64,000 nucleotides of DNA, from positions 25,066 to 89,065 of the forward strand of contig CAZAGG010000001.1 of the NCBI GenBank assembly GCA_964484565.1. Reading direction: 5' to 3'. Shown here one piece after another: positions 19,097 through 28,120 of the stretch. The notes under the pieces are model-generated. The model had not been told where the DNA came from. It saw only the letters and a program-made list of their open reading frames with translations, and ran no database searches. The position numbers and the translations under genes were made by a program. Numbering within the stretch: the stretch's first letter is position 1; every line of letters starts with the position of its first letter. The stretch comes from an uncultured Rickettsiales bacterium. Its GTDB lineage: Bacteria; Pseudomonadota; Alphaproteobacteria; Rickettsiales; CAZAGG01.

Positions 19097-22000
19097 GTGC
19101 ATATGCAACAAAATAAAAAAGTGTTTGCAAGTGCATTAATAAGCGAAGCGACGGCTGTAAATTCACTTATAGATAAAATAAGTGTGTTTAATGATAATTT
19201 TCAAAGTATTTATGAGCAGGCAAAAGCATTAGTTGAGAATATGCGCTCAATCGAAGCATCGAGTCAGCTTGAGGCGTTTCTTAAAGAATATAGTTTAGAG
19301 ACGAATGAAGGCGTTGTGATTATGTGTCTTGCTGAGGCACTTCTTAGAATTCCAGATTCTGAAACAGCAGATAAACTAATTCATGATAAACTAAAATATG
19401 CCGACTTCGAACAACATATGGGAGAAAGCGATTCTCTGCTAGTTAATGCATCCACTTGGGGGCTTTTGTTATCTGGAAAGGTCGTAAATCTTGGTGAAGT
19501 TCAAGAAAAAGGTGTGAGCGCAACCTTTGGCAGGTTAATTTCAAAGCTGGGTGAGCCAGTAATTAGAAATGCACTTAAAAGCGCGATGAAAATTATTGGC
19601 GGTCAATTCGTATTAGGTGAAACGATAGAAAGCGCAATCAGTAATGCCAAAAAAGATAAGGGCTATTTACATTCTTTCGATATTTTAGGAGAAGCTGCAA
19701 GAACTCAAGCGCAGGCAAGCTCTTTTCATCAGGCATATCTTGATGCAATTGACGTAATTTCTGCTCACTATGGCGATGCAAAATCGCTTTATGCAAACAG
19801 TGGAATATCAGTTAAGATATCAGCCCTTGATCCGCGTTATGAGCCTCTTAAGAGAGAGCAAATATATTCCAACCTTTTTCCACGCTTGGTTGAGATAGTT
19901 GAAAAAGCTGCAAAGCATAACATCAATATCACACTAGACGCAGAAGAGGCTTTTAGACTAGGAATTAGTTTGGAGCTTTTTGATAAATTACTCGAACTTG
20001 ATAGCCTAAAAGGATTTGAAGGACTAGGTATCGCAGTTCAGGCATATCAAAAAAGAGCATATCAAACCGTTGAGCATATCGTTTCGCTATCGCAGAAATA
20101 TTCTCGCAGAGTCCCTGTTAGGTTAGTAAAAGGCGCGTATTGGGATTATGAGATTAAACGCGCTCAGATAATGGGTTTAGAGGGATATCCCGTTTTCACT
20201 GTAAAACAACATACCGATATTTCGTATATCGCAGTGATGGAAAAAATGTTTGCAGAACACAAGCATATCTACCCGCAGATTGCGACTCACAATTCATTAT
20301 CTATAGCCGCCGCAATAGAGATTTCTAAGGGTCGTGAATTTGAATTTCAAAGACTTCACGGAATGGGCGAAAAATTATACGACCAGATAAAGAATAATTA
20401 TCCATGCAGGGTTTACGCTCCTGTGGGAAGGCACGAAGAGTTACTCGCTTATTTAATCAGAAGATTACTAGAAAATGGGGCAAATACCTCTTTTGTGCAT
20501 CTCTTAGTTGATAACTCAAAGCCTTATGAGGAATTGCTACAAAATCCTATATATCTTGCGGTTTTGGGCAATGAGTCACCTAATCCTAAAATTCCGTTGC
20601 CAAAGAATATCTATCAGGACAGGCTAAACAGCAGGGGCTTTGAACTTGGCTATAAAGAACATCTGGAAATCATTACAAAATCGCTCGCAGTTTATAACGG
20701 AAAAAATAACTGGGAAGCTCACTCGATTATTAATGGCGAAAATATAACATCGGCAATTCCTGCTACTATTTGCGATAAATCCACTGGCGAAAAGATTGGC
20801 ACGGTTTACATAGCACCCCCAGAGTCGGCAGAAAAAGCTGTAAACTCAGCAGAAGAATTTTTTCATGAGTGGTGCCTAACTGATGTATCATTAAGAGCAG
20901 AGATATTGGAAAAAGCAGCCGATATTATGGATGATAAAATTGACGAAGCAGTTGTTTTGCTCATAAAGGAGGCAGGCAAGAATTTATCGGATGCGATGGG
21001 AGAATTCAGAGAGGCTATAGACTTCATGCGTTATTATGCAAATCTTGCAAGAAGCATGATGTCTAAACCTGCTTTAATGGGCGGATACACAGGTGAGCGC
21101 AATGAGTTATCCTATCATGGAAGAGGCGTTTTTGTTTGTATTAGTCCTTGGAACTTCCCTCTAGCAATCTTTACAGGGCAAATTGCAGCAGCTTTAGTAA
21201 CTGGCAATACAGTTGTTGCAAAACCTGCTGAGCAAACTCCTCTAATAGCATCTTTCATGGTTAATATTTTGCATGAAGCAGGAATTCCTAAGCAGGCTTT
21301 ACATATTTTACATGGTGAAGGCTCTATAATTGGTGCAAAACTAACAAGTTCAGCAAAAGTTTCTGGGGTGGTTTTTACAGGTTCAACTGACACTGCAAAT
21401 ATAATCAACAAGTCGCTTGCAAGTCGTTCTAGTAAATATCCCATACCTGTTTTTATAGCAGAAACAGGTGGACTAAATGCTATGATAGTTGATTCAACCG
21501 CCCTTCCAGAGCAAGTTGTGGATGATGTTATAATATCTGCCTTCAACAGTGCAGGCCAAAGATGTTCGGCTCTTAGGGTTTTATATCTGCAAGAAGAAAT
21601 TGCGGGTATTGTTCTTGCAATGCTTGAAGGAGCGATTGCAGAACTAGAAATAGGAGATACCAACGATCTTTCTACCGATATTGGCGCGGTGATTGATATT
21701 GAGGCACGAAACAAGCTGTTTGACCATATTTATCAGATGAAAAGCAAAGGAAAGTTGCTGTTTTCTTCAGATAAGAGGATTAAGCCATCTGGCGACCTTT
21801 ATGTTTTGCCGCATGTTTTTGAGGTTAAATCAATACATGATATTGGAGGGGAGGTCTTTGGGCCAATTCTACATGTTATAAGATATAAAGAATCTGATAT
21901 TGACAAGGTAATATCCGAAATAAATTCAGTGGGATACGGCTTAACATTAGGAGTTCATTCAAGAATTGAGAATATGGCTACTAAAATTAGGAAAGATGCA

Positions 22001-22192
22001 AGGGTTGGCAACTTATATATAAACAGGTCTATGATTGGTGCGGTTGTTGGAACTCATCCATTTGGGGGAGAAAACCTTTCAGGAACTGGCTTTAAAGCTG
22101 GGGGGCCAAATTATCTTATGCGCTTTGTAACAGAGCGAACTTTTACTGTTAATACTGCTGCAATTGGTGGTAACTTAGAATTATTATCGTAG
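19097..22192 (+). CDS. putA: bifunctional proline dehydrogenase / L-glutamate gamma-semialdehyde dehydrogenase
   Basis: 1031 aa with an N-terminal PRODH barrel region and a C-terminal ALDH domain (ISPWNFPLAI, AETGG, GQRCSA). GTG start as listed; an ATG 2 codons later is also possible. Confidence 0.9.
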   Translation: MHMQQNKKVFASALISEATAVNSLIDKISVFNDNFQSIYEQAKALVENMRSIEASSQLEAFLKEYSLETNEGVVIMCLAEALLRIPDSETADKLIHDKLKYADFEQHMGESDSLLVNASTWGLLLSGKVVNLGEVQEKGVSATFGRLISKLGEPVIRNALKSAMKIIGGQFVLGETIESAISNAKKDKGYLHSFDILGEAARTQAQASSFHQAYLDAIDVISAHYGDAKSLYANSGISVKISALDPRYEPLKREQIYSNLFPRLVEIVEKAAKHNINITLDAEEAFRLGISLELFDKLLELDSLKGFEGLGIAVQAYQKRAYQTVEHIVSLSQKYSRRVPVRLVKGAYWDYEIKRAQIMGLEGYPVFTVKQHTDISYIAVMEKMFAEHKHIYPQIATHNSLSIAAAIEISKGREFEFQRLHGMGEKLYDQIKNNYPCRVYAPVGRHEELLAYLIRRLLENGANTSFVHLLVDNSKPYEELLQNPIYLAVLGNESPNPKIPLPKNIYQDRLNSRGFELGYKEHLEIITKSLAVYNGKNNWEAHSIINGENITSAIPATICDKSTGEKIGTVYIAPPESAEKAVNSAEEFFHEWCLTDVSLRAEILEKAADIMDDKIDEAVVLLIKEAGKNLSDAMGEFREAIDFMRYYANLARSMMSKPALMGGYTGERNELSYHGRGVFVCISPWNFPLAIFTGQIAAALVTGNTVVAKPAEQTPLIASFMVNILHEAGIPKQALHILHGEGSIIGAKLTSSAKVSGVVFTGSTDTANIINKSLASRSSKYPIPVFIAETGGLNAMIVDSTALPEQVVDDVIISAFNSAGQRCSALRVLYLQEEIAGIVLAMLEGAIAELEIGDTNDLSTDIGAVIDIEARNKLFDHIYQMKSKGKLLFSSDKRIKPSGDLYVLPHVFEVKSIHDIGGEVFGPILHVIRYKESDIDKVISEINSVGYGLTLGVHSRIENMATKIRKDARVGNLYINRSMIGAVVGTHPFGGENLSGTGFKAGGPNYLMRFVTERTFTVNTAAIGGNLELLS

Positions 22193-22211
22193 TTTAGGGT
22201 TTGAATAATTT

Positions 22212-24023
22212 ATGCAGAAATACTTTTTATATGGTTTGATTGTCGCGTTGCTTTCTCTAAATTCTGCCAATGCTTCAGTTGGAATCGCAATGTTCGGTGA
22301 ACCTAAGTATAAAGAGGGCTTCAAGCATTTTGAATATGTTAATCCAGATGCTCCCAAAGAAGGTGATATAAAATTTGGAGTAATAGGAACATTTGATAAC
22401 TTAAATCCTTTTATTCTTAAAGGAATTGCCGCAACTGGCAGTGATCTTGTATTTGAGACTTTATTAGAAAAATCAAAGGATGAACCATTTAGCGCATATG
22501 GATTGATTGCCGAAGATATTTCAATTGCTCCAGATAAATCATCTGTAACTTTTAAAATTAGAAAAGAAGCCAAGTGGGAAGATGGCACACAGCTAACCCC
22601 TGATGATGTTATTTTCTCTTTTAACATATTGAAAGAAAAAGGCCATCCCGCATATCGCAGTTATTATAAAGATGTTGCAAATGCCGAAAAAGTTGGAAAT
22701 CACAGCGTGCGCTTTAACATAGCAAATAAAGAGAACAGAGAGCTACCATTGATACTTGGAGATTTGCCAGTTCTTTCAAAGAAATTTTTTGAGACAAATG
22801 ACTTCACTAAAACCACAATGCAAAGAGTTATGGGCAGCGGACCATATAGAGTTGAAAAGGCAGACGCTGGAAGAAGCATCACCTATGTTAGAAGAGACGA
22901 CTATTGGGGCAAAGATTTACCTGTGCAAAAGGGACGTTATAATTTTAGAACAATAACTTATGATTATTATAGAGATGAAACGGTTGCTGTTCAGGCAATC
23001 AAGGCTGGAAGCTATGATATGAGACTAGAAAATATTGCTCGTGTGTGGTCAACAGCCTATGAAGTGCCTGCGGTTAAGGCTGGAATGCTTAAAAAAGAAG
23101 TCATAGAACATCAAGTCCCAAGCGGAATGCAGGCTTTCATTATTAATAATCGGAGAGAGAAGTTTTCCGATATTAACACGAGAAAAGCTCTATCTCTAGC
23201 TTTCGACTATGAATGGGCGAATAAGAATTTATTCTACGGCTTATACAATAGAATGAAGAGTTTTTATACTAACTCGGTTTTTGCAAGTTCTGGATTGCCT
23301 CAAGGAAAAGAGTTGGAAATCTTAGAGAAATATAAAGATAAAATTCCGCCAGAAATATTTGCAGAGGAATATAAAAATCCCGAGACAGATGGTACGGGAA
23401 ATAATAGAGAAAACCTTAAAAAGGCTAGTGAACTTCTTGCAAATGCAGGTTGGGTTCTAAAAAACGGCAAGTTATATGACAAAAATGGCAATCATTTTAG
23501 TATTGAGTTTCTAATAGATTCACCCGTTTTTGAAAGGGTATTTTCAAATTACGTCAAGAACCTTGCGATACTTGGAATTACGGCAAATATTAGAAATGTT
23601 GATAGCGCACAATTTCAAAAACGTTTAGAAGAATTTGATTTTGATATTACCGTCAGGGTGTTTCCTCAATCCCTTTCACCAGGTAATGAGCAAATAGATT
23701 ATTGGCATTCCAGTCGTGCAGATGTTAAAGGAAGTCGCAACTTGGCAGGAATCAAAAATCCTGTGATAGATGAACTTGTCAATAAAATTATCACCGCTAA
23801 GGATTATGACACACTTCTCGCATCAACCCACGCTCTAGATAGAGTTTTGCTGTTTAACCACTATGTAATTCCTAATTGGCAATCAAAATTCTGGCGTATT
23901 GTTTATTGGGATAGATTTGGAAGACCTCAAGTTCCAGCAAAATATGATTTAGGATTTGTTGATACATGGTGGATTGAATCAGATAAAGATGCTAGAATAC
24001 AGGAGTATTTAAAAAGGAAATAA
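22212..24023 (+). CDS. ABC transporter substrate-binding protein, family 5 (YejA/oligopeptide-like)
   Basis: 603 aa with a signal peptide ending SANA. The length and sequence pattern match the cluster-C peptide/microcin-type SBP family. No permease or ATPase genes lie adjacent. Confidence 0.8.
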   Translation: MQKYFLYGLIVALLSLNSANASVGIAMFGEPKYKEGFKHFEYVNPDAPKEGDIKFGVIGTFDNLNPFILKGIAATGSDLVFETLLEKSKDEPFSAYGLIAEDISIAPDKSSVTFKIRKEAKWEDGTQLTPDDVIFSFNILKEKGHPAYRSYYKDVANAEKVGNHSVRFNIANKENRELPLILGDLPVLSKKFFETNDFTKTTMQRVMGSGPYRVEKADAGRSITYVRRDDYWGKDLPVQKGRYNFRTITYDYYRDETVAVQAIKAGSYDMRLENIARVWSTAYEVPAVKAGMLKKEVIEHQVPSGMQAFIINNRREKFSDINTRKALSLAFDYEWANKNLFYGLYNRMKSFYTNSVFASSGLPQGKELEILEKYKDKIPPEIFAEEYKNPETDGTGNNRENLKKASELLANAGWVLKNGKLYDKNGNHFSIEFLIDSPVFERVFSNYVKNLAILGITANIRNVDSAQFQKRLEEFDFDITVRVFPQSLSPGNEQIDYWHSSRADVKGSRNLAGIKNPVIDELVNKIITAKDYDTLLASTHALDRVLLFNHYVIPNWQSKFWRIVYWDRFGRPQVPAKYDLGFVDTWWIESDKDARIQEYLKRK

Positions 24024-24060
24024 TGAAATCACCTAAATTCGGAATAAGGATGAGAAAAAA

Positions 24061-24240
24061 CGCTCCCCCTTTATGGGGGAGCCATGATGAGCAAGGCGAA
24101 GCTGCCGCTCGATTTGGTGGGGTACTACATGCTTTCAACATTCTTTTCAAATGTTTTGAAAGGAATGCGAAAACCCCCACAGAATCGCTTTCGATTGCTT
24201 AGCAATCTTAGCTCTTCCGCTCCCCCATAAAGGGGGAGCG
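24061..24240. repeat. 180-bp MITE-like or sRNA-like element bounded by 22-bp perfect inverted GC-rich hairpins
   Basis: The left end 24061-24082 is CGCTCCCCCTTTATGGGGGAGC. It equals the reverse complement of the right end 24218-24240 (CGCTCCCCCATAAAGGGGGAGCG) over 22 nt. Each end is itself an 8-9 bp GC stem with a 5-nt loop. The interior is much more GC-rich than its surroundings. Confidence 0.55.
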
Positions 24241-24310
24241 TATAATGCTCTGTTTTTTATCTCGAATTGATGTTATAATAACGAAATCACTAAAATTTGG
24301 GAGTTTAAAA

Positions 24311-24808
24311 ATGGCAAAAGATCTTGTTACGGTTAGTAAAAACTATCCTTCAGTCGATACAGTTAGTGAAAAATTGCAGTTACTTTTAGCAGATTCATAT
24401 TCAACACTACTCTTAACCCACAACTATCACTGGAACGTTGAAGGAAGGCTGTTTTATTCCCTGCATAAAATGTTTGAAGAGCAATATAACGAGCTATTTG
24501 CAGCCGTTGACGAAATTGCAGAAAGAGCAAGAGCTTTAGATTCTTATGCTTTTGTTGGGGGTTATCAAGATATGCTTGCATCTACAACTTTTAAAGCGGC
24601 AAAATTGCCTTTTGGAAAAGATGCCGATAAGGTGGCGATGCAGATGGTTGAAAATCTCGTATTAGCAAATGAGGCAATTGTAAAATCTGCTAAACTTGCA
24701 AGAAAAGCAGCCGAGACAGCTGGAGACGATGAAACAGTTGACCTAACTGTTGAAAGAGTAACATTGCATCAGAAAAATATCTGGATGCTTAAAAGCCATT
24801 TGAAGTGA
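24311..24808 (+). CDS. dps: Dps family DNA-protection / ferritin-like protein
   Basis: LLADSYSTLLLTHNYHWNVEG..F..LH..FEEQY.EL...DEIAER is the Dps ferroxidase-site pattern. The start was moved to the ATG at 24311, which has a GGGAG SD 8 nt upstream. Confidence 0.85.
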   Translation: MAKDLVTVSKNYPSVDTVSEKLQLLLADSYSTLLLTHNYHWNVEGRLFYSLHKMFEEQYNELFAAVDEIAERARALDSYAFVGGYQDMLASTTFKAAKLPFGKDADKVAMQMVENLVLANEAIVKSAKLARKAAETAGDDETVDLTVERVTLHQKNIWMLKSHLK

Positions 24809-24821
24809 TGCAGAGATTTTA

Positions 24822-25670
24822 GTGGTAGATATTTCGAGGATTATAGAACTAGCGCTCGCAGAAGACGTTGGTGAGGGGGATATAGCAACCAACCTGACGA
24901 TTCCAGAATCGCAAGATGCAACTTTATCTTTTGTTACCAGAGAAGACATTGTGGTTTGCGGAATTCCATTTATAAATCAGATATATGATAAGTTATCTGG
25001 TAAAGCAAACTTTATCAAATGCGAACCTAAATTCAAAGAAGGTGAAATAGCAAAAGCTGGCTCGGTTTTAGCCACAGCTTCTGGGAATGCAAGAACATTA
25101 TTAACAGGCGAGAGGGTTGCGCTTAACATTATCCAGCGGGCATCTGGCGTTGCAACCATTACCCGAAAATATGTCGATGCAATTAGAGGCACAGGCGTTA
25201 CATTGCTGGATACGCGCAAGACAATGCCAGCTCTACGCGTTCTTGATAAATATTCGACCCAAATTGGTGGGGCAAAGAATCATAGAATGCGCCTTGATGA
25301 TGGAATTATTATTAAAGATAATCATATTGCAATTGCTGGAAGCATTACTCAGGCGGTCGCAAGAGTCAAAGCGGGTTCTAAAATTCCTGTTGAAGTTGAG
25401 TGTGATAATCTTGAGCAAGTTAATGAAGCTGTAAATTCAGGTGCTGATATAATCATGCTAGATAATATGAGCATTAAAACGATTGAAGATGCAATCAAGA
25501 TGATTAACGGCAAAGCAAAAGTTGAAGTATCTGGTAATATTAATCTTGATAATATAAGGGCTTACGCTCTCAAAGGCGTTGATTATATATCAGTTGGCAA
25601 AATTACTCATTCCGCTCCTGCGGTTGATATTGGCCTTGATTATAACTGGAACTATAGCAGTTTTAGCTAA
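24822..25670 (+). CDS. nadC: nicotinate-nucleotide diphosphorylase (carboxylating)
   Basis: 282 aa with LTGERVALN, LDTRKT.P, IMLDNM and ISVG motifs of QPRTase. GTG start. Confidence 0.9.
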   Translation: MVDISRIIELALAEDVGEGDIATNLTIPESQDATLSFVTREDIVVCGIPFINQIYDKLSGKANFIKCEPKFKEGEIAKAGSVLATASGNARTLLTGERVALNIIQRASGVATITRKYVDAIRGTGVTLLDTRKTMPALRVLDKYSTQIGGAKNHRMRLDDGIIIKDNHIAIAGSITQAVARVKAGSKIPVEVECDNLEQVNEAVNSGADIIMLDNMSIKTIEDAIKMINGKAKVEVSGNINLDNIRAYALKGVDYISVGKITHSAPAVDIGLDYNWNYSSFS

Positions 25671-25774
25671 TTGCTCATAGAGATTCACAAGAAAATTGCG
25701 TCATGCTAATTAAATATTAACCTGCGGTTGTAACAATTCGTTTTGTTTAAAAATAAATAAGGCGTTTTGAGCTT

Positions 25775-27232
25775 ATGAGCGATACTACAAAAATTACAGT
25801 TGCGTATGGTGATGGAATTGGCCCTGAAATTATGGAGGCAACTCTTAGAATACTAGCAGAATTCAGAGCTAGAATTACCGTTGAAACTATTGAAATAGGC
25901 GAATTACAATATACGCACGGTTATTCTTCAGGCATTACTCCTGAAGCGTGGGAAACGGTAAAACGTAATAAAATTCTCCTCAAAGCACCAATAACAACGC
26001 CGCAAGGCAAGGGATATAAAAGCCTTAACGTGACTCTTAGAAAATCGCTTGGGCTATATGCAAACGTCCGCCCGTGTGCTTCATATCCGCCATTTGTGAA
26101 AACTAACGCGCCTAATCTGGATGTGGTGATTGTTCGTGAAAACGAAGAAGATTTATACGCAGGCATGGAATATAAATTCACCGATGACGACACTCTCGCT
26201 CTAAAGGTTATAACAAGGCCAGCAAGTGAGAAAATCGTTCGTTATGCATTTGAATATGCAGTAAAAAATGGCCGCAAGAAAGTTACTTGTTTCTCTAAAG
26301 ATAACATCATGAAAATAACGGATGGCATGTTCCACCGTGTTTTTGATGAAATCGGCAAAGAATATCCGCAGATTGAAAAAGATCATTACATAGTTGATAT
26401 AGGCTCAGCAAGACTAGCCGTAAAACCACAAATATTTGATGTAATCGTTACCGAAAATCTTTATGGCGATATAGTTTCAGATATAGTTGCGGAAGTTTCT
26501 GGCTCGGTTGGAATCGCAGGCTCTGCCAATATCGGTGATGACTTCGCGATGTTCGAGGCAATTCATGGCTCGGCTCCTGACATATCGGGGCAAAATATAG
26601 CAAACCCAGCGGGATTATTAAATGGCGCGTGCATGATGCTTGTGCACATCGGTCAACCTGATATTGCTGAAGAGATTCAAAACTCATGGAGATACACTCT
26701 TGAGCAAGGCATTCACACCGCCGATATTTATCAAGAGGGCTTAAGCAAACAAAAAGTGGGAACAAAAGAATTCGCAGACGCCGTTATAGAAAATATGCTT
26801 AAAAATCCAACAATGCTTCCAGTAGTGAAATATAATCGCGATATAAAGGAAACAAAAAGTAAGAGCGTTGAACACAAAGCCTCAAAACGCGACTTAGTGG
26901 GCGTTGATGTTTTTGTAAAATGGGATGATAAATCAAAAGATCCTAAAAAATTAGCAGATGCACTAAAACTTCCAGATAGCAGCAAGGTTGTTTTGCAAAG
27001 CCTTGTGAATAGAGGGCTTGTTGTTTGGCCGTCGGAAGCACCCGCTGCAAACATGGATTCTATCTGGCGTTGCCGCTTCATGGCAACTGAAACTGCTAAA
27101 GTTATTACGCAAAAAAATATTGTTGAGCTGATTTCAACACTAACCGATAGAAATATTGAAATAACCCATAGCTTTAGCCTTTTCTTATTTAATGATAACG
27201 AAGCTGGCTTCAGCATGGGGCAGGGTGAGTAA
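25775..27232 (+). CDS. icd: NADP-dependent isocitrate dehydrogenase (long, ~480-aa form)
   Basis: It has the isocitrate/isopropylmalate dehydrogenase fold (GDGIGPEI, SLNVTLRK, NLYGDI.SD, GSAPDI). A C-terminal extension of about 140 aa resembles that of the long Icd of Rickettsia-like alphaproteobacteria. Confidence 0.9.
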   Translation: MSDTTKITVAYGDGIGPEIMEATLRILAEFRARITVETIEIGELQYTHGYSSGITPEAWETVKRNKILLKAPITTPQGKGYKSLNVTLRKSLGLYANVRPCASYPPFVKTNAPNLDVVIVRENEEDLYAGMEYKFTDDDTLALKVITRPASEKIVRYAFEYAVKNGRKKVTCFSKDNIMKITDGMFHRVFDEIGKEYPQIEKDHYIVDIGSARLAVKPQIFDVIVTENLYGDIVSDIVAEVSGSVGIAGSANIGDDFAMFEAIHGSAPDISGQNIANPAGLLNGACMMLVHIGQPDIAEEIQNSWRYTLEQGIHTADIYQEGLSKQKVGTKEFADAVIENMLKNPTMLPVVKYNRDIKETKSKSVEHKASKRDLVGVDVFVKWDDKSKDPKKLADALKLPDSSKVVLQSLVNRGLVVWPSEAPAANMDSIWRCRFMATETAKVITQKNIVELISTLTDRNIEITHSFSLFLFNDNEAGFSMGQGE

Positions 27233-27257
27233 GGTGTAGGTTCTTGTTATTCACCGC

Positions 27258-27305
27258 TTGATATATCAATCATAAAAGTATATACTCTTTTCGAGGAGTA
27301 TATAC
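27258..27305 (+). promoter_or_regulatory. vapBC promoter with two palindromic candidate operators
   Basis: The promoter is TTGATA (27258-27263), a 17-nt spacer, then TATACT (27281-27286). The -35 lies in a perfect 12-bp palindrome, TTGATATATCAA (27258-27269). A perfect 10-bp inverted repeat GTATATACTC/GAGTATATAC (27278-27287 / 27296-27305) spans the -10 and the GAGGAG SD. Confidence 0.5.
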
Positions 27306-27306
27306 C

Positions 27307-27552
27307 ATGCCACTTTATATCAAAGATGAAGAAGTAAGCAAAATAGCTCGCGAACTAGCAGCTATTAGAGGAGTTAGTATAACTGAAGTTTTGCGAAGTT
27401 CCTTAAAAAAAGAAGCAGATGAAAAAAATAAGGAAAGCTATAATAAATTTCTCGCTAAAATAAAGGTTATTCAAGAACAAGTAGCTGCCTTGCCAGATCG
27501 TGATTCGCGCTCTATCCAAGAAATTGTTGATGAAGTTAATGATGTAAATTAA
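27307..27552 (+). CDS. vapB: type II antitoxin, VapB-like (PSK-operon / Rv0623-like family)
   Basis: 81 aa. MPLYIKDEEV..IARELA...G.SITEV is the N-terminal pattern of antitoxins paired with PIN toxins. Its stop overlaps the vapC ATG (TAATG). Confidence 0.75.
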   Translation: MPLYIKDEEVSKIARELAAIRGVSITEVLRSSLKKEADEKNKESYNKFLAKIKVIQEQVAALPDRDSRSIQEIVDEVNDVN

Positions 27553-27950
27553 TGATTATTGACACATCAGCGATTATAGCAATTCTTCAAAATGAGCATG
27601 ATTATGAAAAATACGCACAAGCTATTTATAATTCACAAGAAAAATATATTTCTTCGGTAAACTATTTTGAAGCTAAAATTGTGATGATTGGTAAGAAAAT
27701 TGACTACATTCAATCTCGCATAGATATACTTTTAATTGAGTCTAATATTGAAGTTTATGAAGTTAATCAAAATCTTGCCAATATTGCCGCAAAAGCCTAT
27801 GAAAAATATGGCAAAGGAAGGCACAAAGCCGCATTAAACTTTGCTGATTGCTTTTCATACGCGCTAGCAAAGCATATGAAAATGCCCCTGCTTTTTAAGG
27901 GCGATGACTTCAGCCTCACTGATGTTAAAAAAGTTAAAATATTTGGGTAA
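27552..27950 (+). CDS. vapC: type II toxin, PIN-domain ribonuclease VapC
   Basis: 132 aa. It has MIIDTSAIIAIL (first acidic residue D4), a later conserved E (YFEAK), and a C-terminal FADCFSYALA...LLFKGDDF motif typical of VapC. Confidence 0.85.
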   Translation: MIIDTSAIIAILQNEHDYEKYAQAIYNSQEKYISSVNYFEAKIVMIGKKIDYIQSRIDILLIESNIEVYEVNQNLANIAAKAYEKYGKGRHKAALNFADCFSYALAKHMKMPLLFKGDDFSLTDVKKVKIFG

Positions 27951-28013
27951 CCTATATGGCATAGTGAAAGGCTGGGGATATATACAACTCACTTTCATCA
28001 CAAAATTGCGGAT

Positions 28014-28120
28014 CGACTTGTTAAACGAAGCCTTAGCGTAGTTTAAATGTGAAGCGATCCAAAGAAACTAGCTTTCTATTTCTGGATCGCCTCATCGCTA
28101 AAGTAAATCACGAAGACAAC
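28014..28120. repeat. GC-rich intergenic repeat, copy X (inverted relative to copy Y at 47262-47362)
   Basis: The 28-nt core CGACTTGTTAAACGAAGCCTTAGCGTAG (28014-28041) matches the reverse complement of 47335-47362 at 26/28 positions. Weaker similarity continues for about 70 more nt. It contains a 13-bp interrupted hairpin (28054-28090, GCGATCCA.AGAAA / TTTCTGGATCGC). Confidence 0.5.

Noticed and set aside
21115-21714. 199-aa antisense ORF inside putA
   Set aside because: It lies entirely within a confidently identified gene on the opposite strand. The sequence is low-complexity and Ser/Ile/Ala-rich, typical of shadow ORFs.
23992-24180. 62-aa minus-strand ORF across the hairpin-bounded element
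   Set aside because: It runs through the terminal hairpin and into the SBP gene 3-prime end and has no SD. The region is better explained as a repeat or RNA element.
26448-27216. 105-aa and 161-aa antisense ORFs inside icd
   Set aside because: They are shadow ORFs opposite a well-supported gene, with no motifs or start signals.
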